From Takakia lepidozioides (taxonomy: Eukaryota; Plantae; Bryophyta), in NCBI GenBank assembly GCA_030704615.1, contig CM060731.1:35588001-35652000 (forward strand): a stretch of 64,000 bases of DNA, written 5' to 3'. Position 1 is the stretch's first letter. Every line of letters starts with the position of its first letter. A model generated the notes under the pieces. That model ran no database searches, was not told the DNA's origin, and saw nothing but the letters and a program-made list of their open reading frames with translations. Made by a program: the position numbers and the translations under genes. Positions 37,968-50,420 of this stretch are shown here, in pieces.

Positions 37968-40433
37968 GTGTGGGTGCAGATCAATCCTGGAGGAGGGGAT
38001 TTCAAGCACCAGAGCACCAATGCTTCATTGCAGACTCATGGCTGTAAGAAACCTGCCTGGGTACATGGTCAACTGGAGAAGGTGGAAGCAGCTAGCTTGG
38101 CTCGCGAGCATGTGATGGCACTATGTAAGGCTGGACAATTGAAAGAGGGGCTGCAAATATTGAAGCAAGAAGGCATTTCGGCTGATTCCAAGACCTATGC
38201 CTGTCTCTTGCAGGAGTGCACAAAGATGAAAGGGCTAGCAGAAGGAAAGCAGGTGCATGTTCACATCATCCAAAGTGGCATCAAGCCAAACATCTTTCTT
38301 TCTAACACCCTAGTAAATATGTATGCTAAGTGTGGAAGTGTGGTGGATGCACGATTAGTATTTGACAAAATGCCTGAACGAGATAAGTTTACTTGGACTA
38401 TCATGATAGCAGGATATGCTAAGCATTGTTGTGGTAGGGGCGCTTTGGAGATCTATGAGCAAATGATAGGGGCAGGGGCCACACCCAACAATGTCACGTT
38501 CATTTGTGTTCTCAAGGCGTGTGCCAGCCTAAAAGCCCTGAAAAAGGGCAAAGAGGTCCATGCTGACCTCATCAATGCCGGAATTGCCCCAGATATTATT
38601 CTTGAGACAGCCCTTGCTGCCATGTATGCTAAATGTGGGGACATGAAGGATGCACATCGAGTATTTGACAGTATGGCTCAACGAAATGTGGTGTCATGGA
38701 GCACAATGATCGCAGGATATGCTCAGCACGGGTGTAGTATGGAGGCCTTTGAGATGTATGAGCAAATGATACGGGAAGGAGTTATGCCTGACAAAGTCAC
38801 GTTCATTTGCATTCTCAATGCATGTGCCAGTGTGGCAGCCCTGGAAAAGGGCAAAGGGGTCCATGCTGATGTCGTCAAATTTGGAATTGCGCCAGATGTC
38901 ATCTTGGATAATGCACTCATCGACATGTATGCCAAGTGCGGGAGCATAAAGGATGCATGTCATGTGTTTGAGAGTATGGCTGAAAGAAATGTGGTCTCAT
39001 GGAACACAATGATTGCAGGATATGCTGAGCATGGGCGTGACAGGGAGGCTTTGGAGATTTATGATCAAATGATACGGGAAGGGGTGAAGCCCAACAAGGT
39101 CTCATTCATTTGTGTTCTGAAGGCATGTGTCAGCCCAGCAGCCCTGGAAAAGGGCAGAGAGGTCCACTCTGACATCATCAAGGCTGGAATTCCTCCAGAC
39201 ATCATCCTGGAGACTGCTCTTGCCGTCATGTACACCAAATGTGGGAGCATGAAGGATGCATGTCAAGTGTTTGACAAAATGGCTGAACGAAATGTGGTGT
39301 CCTGGAGTGCAATGATCACAGGATATGCTCGGCATGGGTTGGGTGGGGAGGCCTTCAAGATGTACAAACAAATGATAAGAGAAGGTGTGAGACCTGACAA
39401 AGTCACATTTGTGTGCGTTCTCAATGCATGTGCCATTTTTGCAGCCCTGGAGAAGGGCAGAGAATTCCATGCCGACATCATCAAATTTGGAATTGCACCA
39501 GATATTGTTCTGGAGAATACCCTCATTGACATGTATGCCAAATGTGGGAGCATGGAGGATGCGCTTCGAGTGTTCAACAAGATGGCACAACAAAATGTGG
39601 TCTCATGGAATGCAGTCATTGGAGGATATGCTCAGCATGGGTTTGGCAGGCAAGCTTTTGAGATGTATGAGAAAATGGTACGGGAAGGGATGACACCCAA
39701 TAAGGTCTCATTCATTTGTGTTTTGAAGGCTTGTGCCAGCCTGGCAGCCCTTGAAAAGGGCATAGTGATCCACTCCGAAATCACCAAAGCTGGAATTGTG
39801 CCAGATATTGTTGTGGAGAATACGCTCATTGACATGTATGCCAAATGCGGGAACATGGATGAGGGGCATCTAGTGTTCAAAAATATGGCTAAACGAGATG
39901 TTGTCTCATGGAATGCCATAATTGGAGGATATTGTCAGCTTGGGTGTGGTAGGGAGGCCCTGCAACTATTTGAACAAATGCAACAGGAAGGCTTCAGGCC
40001 AAGTTGTATCACATTTATCTCTCTTCTCTCTGCATGTAGCCATATGGGCCTAGTGGATGAAGGCAGTCACTACTTTGATTCCATGAGTCGAGATCATTGC
40101 CTCACTCCTACAGTGGAGCATTGTAGCTGCATGGTGGATCTTCTTGGCCGTGCAGAGAGACTGTGTGAGGCAGAAACTTTCATCCACAAAATGCCAATCG
40201 ACCCAAGTGCTTCAGTATGGGGGGCCCTGCTTGGTGCCTGCAGAATTCATGGCAATGTAGAGGTAGCAGAACGTGCAGCAAAATGCCTTCTTGAGTGGGA
40301 TCCATTGGACACTGCAACTTATGTGCTGCTGTCAGACATATATGCCGCTGCTGGCAGGTGGGAGGATATGGCAATGATGAGAAAAATGATGGAGGACAGG
40401 TGTCAGGCTGGTGCTAGACTGCTCCTCCCTTGA
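37968..40433 (+). CDS. PLS-class pentatricopeptide repeat protein with E domain and no DYW (organellar RNA-editing factor type)
   Basis: Intronless run of 101-aa P-L-S triplets (NTLIDMYAKCGS, NVVSWN, PDKVTFICILNAC), then SACSHMGLVDEG, CMVDLLGRA and WGALLGACRIHGNVEVAE. First in-frame ATG is at about 38114; the true start is uncertain. Confidence 0.93.
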   Translation: MWVQINPGGGDFKHQSTNASLQTHGCKKPAWVHGQLEKVEAASLAREHVMALCKAGQLKEGLQILKQEGISADSKTYACLLQECTKMKGLAEGKQVHVHIIQSGIKPNIFLSNTLVNMYAKCGSVVDARLVFDKMPERDKFTWTIMIAGYAKHCCGRGALEIYEQMIGAGATPNNVTFICVLKACASLKALKKGKEVHADLINAGIAPDIILETALAAMYAKCGDMKDAHRVFDSMAQRNVVSWSTMIAGYAQHGCSMEAFEMYEQMIREGVMPDKVTFICILNACASVAALEKGKGVHADVVKFGIAPDVILDNALIDMYAKCGSIKDACHVFESMAERNVVSWNTMIAGYAEHGRDREALEIYDQMIREGVKPNKVSFICVLKACVSPAALEKGREVHSDIIKAGIPPDIILETALAVMYTKCGSMKDACQVFDKMAERNVVSWSAMITGYARHGLGGEAFKMYKQMIREGVRPDKVTFVCVLNACAIFAALEKGREFHADIIKFGIAPDIVLENTLIDMYAKCGSMEDALRVFNKMAQQNVVSWNAVIGGYAQHGFGRQAFEMYEKMVREGMTPNKVSFICVLKACASLAALEKGIVIHSEITKAGIVPDIVVENTLIDMYAKCGNMDEGHLVFKNMAKRDVVSWNAIIGGYCQLGCGREALQLFEQMQQEGFRPSCITFISLLSACSHMGLVDEGSHYFDSMSRDHCLTPTVEHCSCMVDLLGRAERLCEAETFIHKMPIDPSASVWGALLGACRIHGNVEVAERAAKCLLEWDPLDTATYVLLSDIYAAAGRWEDMAMMRKMMEDRCQAGARLLLP

Positions 40434-41394
40434 GGTGGACACCCTGTACTATTAACAGCTTACATGAGTTACGTGACAAGCAATTCCATTCATTCCCAAT
40501 AGGGGAGGTGCCATTTCTTGGCCCTCCGCATGGGTCACGGCCGAGGCTATGGGACCTCACCCATGGGGAGGGCCGAGAAATGGCACCCCCCTGACATAAA
40601 GGAATTGTCATTATTTTCTGGAAAGATGGCACGTCATCAGACGACATCTCCCCTGGCCAGATGACGGGAGATCTATAAAATGCAGTGAAAAATAATGGCA
40701 AGCTCTTTACGTTGTAAATAATTGCATAGGTGATTGCTTTGGCACAGCCCAAGTGATATTTACATGATATGTAGAACCTTGTTTATGGTGACTGCCACAG
40801 GGCGCCACAGTTCATCTCGACCACAGTTGGTCCAGCAACCATTATACAGGATGCCAAGCACTTTCACCACTCCCAAGGTGGGTTTGTTCTTGTGCACAAT
40901 CTTTGGTGAAAGGAGCAGGCGGATGAGGACAAAAAATATGTTGCCTTAAACTTCAGTAAGGGTGGAAAGGCCATACTTCAGCCTTTTTGTGCATAAACAG
41001 TGAAGTTAAAGAAACAAGTGGTGTGTTTGAATGTGATAGTTTGTGTGACGTGATCACAAGTGAAGTATGATTGAAACAAACTATTCCAGATCTTGTAAGG
41101 AACAGTAGCAAGGAAGAAATTGTTGTTGTCTGGAGGCTGAAATTAGTTTTGCAACCAAAAAGTGTTGAACATGGACATCTGCAAAACTTCACTCGCAGGG
41201 AAATTTTCTTTGGAGGTGAGTGGGGATGATATTTAGGATGCCAGCTAGTGCCAAGTTTTTGTTGACAGAAGGCCACGTCGACAGGTTTTGGCTAAACTCT
41301 AATACATTTTAGCAAGAAGGTGACATTCTAGCGACGACTGAAAGTTGGAGAGTAGTTCTAAAAAAGTCATTGTCGTCATGTCATCAACATCAAT

Positions 41395-41925
41395 TTAGAG
41401 CCGTTGTTATTTATATTCGCTCTAAGGATTCCTTAGAGGGGCTCTAAGGATTTCTTAGAGTGAGAGAAAAGAAAAAGAAAATTTGTTATTTGTATTCGCT
41501 CTAAGGATTCCTTAGAGCGATAAAAAAAAAGAAAAAGAGAAATTGTAATTTAAATTTAGAGCCCTTGTTATTTATATTCACTGTAAGGATTCCTTAGAGC
41601 CGTTCTAAGGATTTTGTAGAGCGAGAAAAAAGAAAAAGGTAAATTGTTATTTATATTCGCTCTAAGGATTTCTTAGAGTGAGAGAAAAAAAAAAGAAAAT
41701 TTGTTATTTGTATTCGCTCTAAGGATTCCTTAGAGCGATAAAAAAAAAAAAAAAAAAATTGTAATTTAAATTTAGAGCCTTTGTTATTTATATTCTCTCT
41801 AAGGATTCCTTAGAGCCGTTCTAAGGATTTTGTAGAGCGAGAAAAAAGAAAAAGGTAAATTGTTATTTATATTCGCTCTAAGGATTTCTTAGAGTGAACA
41901 AAAAAGAAAAATTGTAATTTAAATT
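41395..41925. repeat. AT-rich array of about 10 palindromic CTCTAAGGATTCCTTAGAG motifs with a higher-order period of about 217 bp
   Basis: The core is a 9-bp-arm inverted repeat, usually preceded by ttgttattt(a/g)tattcg and followed by A tracts. The variant order recurs at about 41449, 41667 and 41883. Confidence 0.9.
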
Positions 41926-42060
41926 GTTTTTGAGGAAAGGAGAGGGCTCATCAACATCACGCATCTGACTTTCTCTCTGTGCAGCTGCATGGTCTTGTTT
42001 ATGTGTGTGGATACAGTGAAGGAAAGGATCGCTGTGGAGGGATTTCTCAAAGACCTTACC

Positions 42061-43484
<1,424 letters not shown>

Positions 43485-44522
43485 ATATGAGTTGAATTTA
43501 CGGTGGAGTGGGGGATTGTAGTGTCAATGGCCACCTCCTCTTTGGAAGATGGATTTTATTTTCAAATGTTTATGGCAGGGTTGTTACCCACCTTGTTTCA
43601 AACTACCTTCGCTTATGACCTGGAAGGTGCATCAGTCAATCAGTATGCCCACGGGGGATAATGAGTTGTGTATAGAGGGTCGTGTCTGTAACCTATCAGG
43701 GTAAAGAAATTGCTAGATGTGCACCTTGATTGTATGTACAGTATTCTTCATTCCAAGATCCAAATATTGACCTAGCAACATTGGAGCTGAGGATAAAAAA
43801 GGAGAGCGACATAGATTGTGCTTTCCGTAAAGGGGATCACAGAAATTTCAGTCCATAGGTCGTAATGAATGCCCTCTATCTTCTTATCAGCATCTGTTTG
43901 GGAACCACCAATATGGCAATGGCCCTCACGCAATGTCTAAGTTATTTGCCTCAGAACCTTCATCATAAAGGAACTTTTTTGACAACTGTTCCTGGTCAGG
44001 GGTTAAATGCCTTGTTCAACATCTATTATGCATTTTTTTTTTTTTTTCCACCTTTCAGAATCATGTTTTGATTGATCAAAGCTCCTTATATACAGTCCGA
44101 ATTTGATATACCTCAGCAGAAATCCCTCTGAGGTGATCGTATTGTTATGGACAACGTATACATGGAATGATGTAAGGAGTAAATGTGTGTTCCTGTACAA
44201 AGGGTTTGTTGCTGATCCCATCCTTGGTCCTGCGCCAGAATTTATGTTGCCACCTTTATGTCACTATCACATGATTGGCATTGGAGTATCCCAGTTGGTT
44301 GTGGTTCTTTCGAATTGGTCTCAAGGTTTGCATTGACATGGCAATCAAAACATGCAAGGTTCTTTACAGTAACTTGAGTTATAAGGGAGATGTAAAACGC
44401 TTTCTCTTAGATAACATGTCAGCAAAGATATCAACCAGATCGCAGGCACAAACTCTAGTACGGAACAGTGTTTTTGGGCATTTTCTGACCTTGTTTGGTT
44501 ACGGTATTTTGATTCAATGAAG

Positions 44523-46761
44523 GAGCACCACATTTGAGGGATACCTTTTACAGAATGGGCTTGTCTGACAAGGACATTGTTACACTTTCTGGCGCACACA
44601 CTCTAGTGAGTTCACACTACCTCGCTAATCTGTAGACTGTAGCTCTTAGTGGTGTATTGAAAGGATAGGCCACATAGGTGGCGATAATTACTGGGATTTA
44701 TGCTTCAAACGAACGAGACTGCCTATTGACCCTTTCAAACTCTATATCTCTTAACTTGTTGTGGAAGTCTTAGTGTGACATTGCTTTGTGAAGTCCCTGC
44801 TTCTTGTTGTCATACAGAGAGAAGGAAAATGTACTGTGCTTTGCTCTTGCCTTGTGGCTAGTGTGGGCGGACCAAAGAGGGATGTACATGTCACATCTCT
44901 CTTTCTCCCAAATCCCTAACTGCTTCTTTCTGCTGGACCTTTCTCTTTGCAAGGCAGGGAGATTGGTGATTGGTGATTGGTATGGAGAGACTGCACATGG
45001 CTGAGTATTGGGCACCAGGCTGGATGGTACTGAGAACTGTGCAGTCACAAATGTTGAAGTAATGCACATGGAATCTACACAGCACTGAAAAGGAATGTTT
45101 TTGACTGTTCAGGGAAAAACTCACAAGACTCGATCAGGATTTGAGGGACCATGGACTTCCAATCCATTGAAGTTTGATAACAGCTACTTCCCGTGAGTCT
45201 TTAAGACAAATGTGAATGCTGGATGATACTTGTTTAATTTATTGAATTGATTCTGTGTCAGCTAGCTTTCCTGTGCTACCTTGAAAATGAAATGCAGGTT
45301 GTTACATCAGAGTCATCCATATATGCTTTGTATTGCCAGGCTTCTCTTTGGATCATTGACGTTGTTTTGCAAGTGTGTGGATCTCAGATGGAATAAGCTA
45401 ACAAATTGCTAACAGTCCCACACTGGAACTGGAGCAAGTACTCTTGCACAGACACCCACTAGTTCTGGTTAATGACTTTCTGAACATGGAGGGTGGATTG
45501 TCAACAGAGAGCTGTTGAAAGGGGAGTCAGAGGGACTACTGTTGCCAACCGACAAGACATTGCTGGAGGACCCAGCTTTCCGTCCACTTGTGGAACACTA
45601 TGCCAAGGTATGTTTCTCAATTGGACTTTAAGATCTCTTCCAAACTACATAGCATCGTTTTTTATGCAGAATTTCACCATCCCTGTGTCTAAGCTGAGGT
45701 ATGGGATTATTGGTTGTTCCCTGTAAAGATGAGCAATGTTCCCACTGGAGATGCAACCTGCCTGGAGCCAGGCACGGTGTTTTAATCCACCGGGATAAAG
45801 AAGTCAGTCCAAAATTTGCTGGCACTGGCTACAATCTGGTTACATGAATGGAGTGTGGCTGGCATTGACAGCACGCTACAAAATATATTTTTGATTCCAG
45901 TACTGCACTTCTAGGTCCCCATCTCCGTGGATGTGATGCATGTTGCTGTGATTACATTGCCATTCACGTTGTTGTCATGGAACTGTGATACATAAGAAGA
46001 GAAAATGAAAAATCCTTTGTCGACAGGAGGCCTTTGGGACAGAAGAACTACACAAGTGAGAGAAGAAGGTTTTATTAAGTGCACAGGAGGCTCAATGGGC
46101 CCATGGCACAGTAGGACTGCTGGATAAAGCAGCAGCCAGTGGTTCGACCTTGCCATCTCTGGGCCTCTACTCACAAAGCTGACTGATGGCTGCCATGGAA
46201 AACAGGGTAGAAGCTGTAGCACTGAACAAAGATTATGTAAAACTAGTTCTTTTTTAATTTGATGGTGGAGTGACAACTCTCTTAGGTGAAGTCCACTTGA
46301 ATTGACAAGTTTGCTTTGATGACCCCCACTGGACGAAAAAGTGACTTAGAATAGGGATCCTCACATAGAGACTTGTCTTTATTTACCACCATTTTCCAGA
46401 ACAACTTGTCTACGGTAAGTCTATACACTTGTCTGACAGATTTTCTTCGGTATTGACTATTGACTCGTCCCTTCATAAGTGTAGGTATGAAAATGTTGAG
46501 GGTTGCTGACATTCTGCCACCACACAGGACGAGGAGGCGTTTTACAGCTACTATGCCGAGTCCCACAAAAAGCTTTCTGAACTGGGCCGCAAGGAAACTT
46601 CAGCAGCATTCGCAGCTGAGTCTACCAGCAGCAAGTCAGCCATTGAAGCATACCAAAGCACAGCTGCCATACTAGGACAGGCCTCTGTGGGCGTGGTGGT
46701 TACTGCCGTGGTGGTTGCACTTAGCTATTTCCATGAGGCCAAGAGAAAAATCCTCAAGTAA
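44523..46761 (+). pseudogene. APX3: 5'-truncated peroxisomal membrane-bound ascorbate peroxidase (APX3-like); only the last 4 exons are present and their frame is open
   Basis: Exons 44523-44605 ([27 protein letters not shown]), 45113-45192 ([26 protein letters not shown]), 45508-45607 ([16 protein letters not shown]...YAK) and 46528-46761 (DEEAFYSYYAESHKKLSELG...VGVVVTAVVVALSYFHEAKRKILK*). No RLAWHDAGT or GRLPDA exons were found upstream. Confidence 0.85.
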
Positions 46762-48773
46762 TTAGGAGATGGGAGATTCTACTTGGTGTCCTTGCAGGGG
46801 CTCGAATAAGATGTCCAATGTTTCTGGAAGCTTCGAGCTTAGTTGCTTGAGCTTAGTTGCTTGACTGAAAACAGTGGAAAGAGTGCGGACTTTTGGAAAC
46901 AAATTAACTATCATTCAATACAGTTTTTTTTCTCTTTCCTGATGAGTGACCAGCAGAGCAGACCCGACCCTGCTTACTGCAGCTGCTCAACATCAACGTC
47001 ATCTCTTGCGAGTGGTTCCGTAAGCAATACGTTTTTAGGTCAAAAAAGAAAACTACTAGAAGTACCTGCAGGGAGGTAAAGTACCTCAAGTGACGCACAC
47101 AAGTTTAGACGTTTAGAGAGCATGCAGTGCTTATCTGGGAAGGGGCTCAGAAGCGAGTATTTTTCTTCAATTGCTGCCGAGCTTTGCTGTTTCACGTCTT
47201 CCCTCTTCACGTTGGGAGTGGAAGGGGGAGATTTGCGCAGCTACGTACAGCGGCCATTGACGCCTCTGTGTACGGAAGATTGTCGGGAGACCTGGTGGAT
47301 GTTGTTATTATTTTATTGCCAGTTTTAAGTACTTCGTTTTCGCATTGTTTGCAAACACTGGTGTTCTTTGATCGATTATCCTTCGCAAGACCTCTGCGGA
47401 GATTTTCTTGTGCATGATTCACATACTGACGGAGGAGCAAGACGTGTAGTTAATGCACAAGTATGCACCTACGATCTTGTTGCCGAGAAGTGGCAGGGAG
47501 GTAAGAGCGCCGCCTCAGGAGTTCAACTCCAAACTACGCAGACTATTTGCAAGTGGAGTTCGGAGCAGGAGGCCTTATATGTGGCTGTCTCCCAATCATA
47601 ACATGGATGTGATGGACATTGAGGTATGCAACCAGGTGGCTCCAGAATGTTGCCTCGATATGATCCTATTGACAATATCCAGTTTCAGCTATCCGTAGAC
47701 TGTGTATTTGGGAACCTTCGCCGGGGGATCACCACTGGCCCACCAGGTGCATTGAACCGGGTCGCTCCAAAGTTGGAGGCGATCTTCCTGGGGTCTGGCG
47801 CCACCAAGCTGAAGCTTCTACCGTTCTCTCGTGGACGTCACACAAACACATATACACTGGGTTTGTGGGCTGCAGAGTTGTACTGATATGTGGACAGGAG
47901 TTGTAGTTGTCCCCATACAATTCCTCTAGTGTCGGTTGTTCTTTCTCAAGCGTCGCTGGTCTTGGGTGTTCCACGCTGTGTTGGTAAGGGCAGAACAGTC
48001 TTCGCAGAGATTTTGCTTAGCAGCCGGCATTGGTTTCTTGCTTGACGCCATTTTTCTGCTGTCTCTGTCTTCTTAATACAACCCAAGTGGAGTAGTGTGT
48101 CGGGGTGATCACTTGTTTCAGATTGCAAGTGGGTACACATTGATTTATCCTCATTCTGGCGTCCGTCTCTACAATTTGTGATTGAGGCATTTTTGGCGTT
48201 CATTTGCATTGACACCCTTTCCTTATACTTGCGATGAGCCGGAGAAGCACTACTGTAGCTTAGAGTCCAACTGTGAGTGTAGAGCGAGTGTAGAGCTAAA
48301 GAGATGCAAATTAGGATCTCTTGCAATCATGTCTGGAGTCAAATTTGTGTTGGGGGTGTTCATGAAATTCTACTGCATGTAAGTGGAGACAGGTGCACAA
48401 AATTTTGTGACGGCAGAGGAGACTGCAGTCATGATTTTGCATTATCTTGACAATTGTCAATATCAAGCTATGCCTACAAAACCCAATCTCCATTCCCTCA
48501 CATAAGTTAACCATCTTTCTGTGGATCCGGACTCCCAATGCATTGCGTGTGACTGTCACCATAGTTATAACTCTTGAGGAAAGTACACAAACGAGCATCG
48601 CAGAGAAAATCTTATATCAACCACACTGTATTCATTTATGTGGAGCTGAACTACATCATAGCACTCGGAGATACTACGTGGTCAACGTGATCCCACTTCC
48701 CAGCTGACTCCCCTAACAATGCTGTACACTTTATGCAGGAGGCAGCGCTAGAAAACTGATTGGAGTACCAGTT

Positions 48774-49121
48774 TTATATGGGTCCAAAGATCTCGCCACC
48801 TTTGGCACCAGTGACCGTGCTAAACTCGGAACCAACAACACCAGGGCCGCCAAACTGATCAGTGAGGATAATCTGCTGTCCATCCGCGACAGTGACAGTC
48901 GCGCTACAGGTGTGGTCAAAGGTGAACTTGCCACTCACCCCGGTACTCAACTTGAAATGATGGTCAGAGTCCGCAACCATATTCACAACTTGGTGGGCAA
49001 CCCCATGGCCCTTTTGCAAAGTCACCTTCACGTCACTACCAGAATTGTTATAAATGTAAACCTCGGCTCTGGCCACCAGGCAAGTGGTCAGCAGCAGAGC
49101 GACCAGAAACACAGTCTTCAT
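48774..49121 (-). CDS. Small secreted beta-rich protein of unknown family (115 aa)
   Basis: Clear signal peptide MKTVFLVALLLTTCLVARA-EV, intronless ORF, and a TATA-like ATATATA about 145 bp upstream. Confidence 0.75.
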   Translation of the reverse strand: MKTVFLVALLLTTCLVARAEVYIYNNSGSDVKVTLQKGHGVAHQVVNMVADSDHHFKLSTGVSGKFTFDHTCSATVTVADGQQIILTDQFGGPGVVGSEFSTVTGAKGGEIFGPI

Positions 49122-49529
49122 TGTGAGATCTTAGAGTCGCTGTTGAGAGAGAGAAATTACAGTTGTACCAGCTACCCTCTCGAGAAACAGGCGGCTTGTG
49201 GTGGGAAACGAGTGCAGAGGAGAGAGAGAGTTGGAATTCAAGAGAATTACCGAATACAAAGAATATATATTCATCCTGCTGCTTGTGGCCAGCTGCAAAA
49301 CTGATGTCTGCGCAGCTGGGCTGGCGGGGCTTTCAACAGCGACGGATGCACATGTTGACCCGCGTGGGAATCTCTGCAAAGAAACGTCATACTTGCATAC
49401 TCGCTGCCAAACATGTGACAGCAGGCTACTGAACCCTCTCACACAACGCGTTTCTTAGGCACCCCCTCTGCCAGCCTAACACGTTGTCGCTTCACACATT
49501 GGAGAATCGTGTTTTTATCCGCACTGCCC

Positions 49530-50107
49530 GATCTAGCCGTGGCTATGTCGAGTTTAGCCACGGCTAAGTTTGCTTGGCTGCCGCACTAGGCAATTTAGCC
49601 TTGGCTAAATGCTAGCCACAGCTAAGGCTGGCTAAACTACCCTGGCTTTTAACTTTTAACCCCTAACCAACCCCACGTATTAAATTTAGCCCGCCTGGGC
49701 AGGGGGAGGAAATTTCCATTTCACCAACTCTACCAATTCCGTATCTTCTCGCTCTTCTGGCTCCTTAACCCTCAAGTGCCCAAGCGACCCATTTTGGGTC
49801 GCTTGGGTTTGCTTAACCAACCATAACTTCCTGTGGTTAAGGCTGATTGGGCCTTTTTTGGGCTCAATCCATAGAAAATCGGGTCCCCCTCCATACGGCA
49901 TTGGCCAATTGGTCAATGCTTGAAGGGGTAAGGGTCTGGACCAATGGGAAGGGGCCAACTCAGCTTTTTGGGGCCATTTTGGCCCCCCAAACCTGCCCAA
50001 GTTGCTGACATGGCAACCTGGGTCAGGTTAGGGTAAAAGAAATATACCCCAGAAAATATGGGGCGGCATGCTTCCCCAAACCCCTTGAATGCCCGGCATT
50101 GGTAGTG
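49530..50107. mobile_element. Non-autonomous DNA transposon remnant with palindromic subterminal motifs
   Basis: Repeated TAGCC(n2)GGCTA palindromes at 49533-49640 and a CCAA/TTGG-rich body. Possible CACTA...TAGTG ends (49584/50107) without a matching TSD. Confidence 0.4.
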
Positions 50108-50113
50108 GTACAC

Positions 50114-50420
50114 GAGTGTTGGGAGGTTCTTTAATTCAGCTACAAACACCCTGAGGTTATCAAGAAGGTTATTTGGATATATAACCGCAGAACCGGCAAA
50201 GGCTCATAACCGCCGGTTATGTTGTTTTGAAATAACCAGCCTGAAAACCGTCAAAGATCCGCCGGTTATTTGATCAAAACCACCGGTTCTTTGAGGTTTT
50301 TACATATTAATTGGGTTCTTTTCACAAAAAATATCTGCAGAAAACCGGAACTAGAGGTTATTTGATTCTTTGTAAAAACCCGGAACATTATGTTATGAAA
50401 GAAATCATTGTCCAACAGTG
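50114..50420. mobile_element. Degenerate hAT-type MITE related to the 17155 element
   Basis: Ends gagtgttgggaggtt ... ccaacagtg, with many CCGGTT/AACCG motifs. The TSD is degraded. Confidence 0.6.

Noticed and set aside
38453-40374. Repeated antisense ORFs (MLPHLAYM...)
   Set aside because: They are reverse-complement shadows of the repetitive PPR frame.
41395-41925. CRISPR-like array of palindromic repeats
   Set aside because: The spacers are repeated A tracts of uneven length rather than unique sequences. There are no cas genes and the context is eukaryotic.
44275-44390. GLKVCIDM...KVLYSNLSY as a remnant of the missing APX N-terminal exons
   Set aside because: There is only weak resemblance to GLKIAIDLC...KAKYPTLSY, with no WHDAGT motif or matching exon structure. 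It cannot be separated from chance without an HMM search.
47100-48700. Cluster of short ORFs between APX and the secreted protein
   Set aside because: No motif, splice pattern or repeat structure that I can support.
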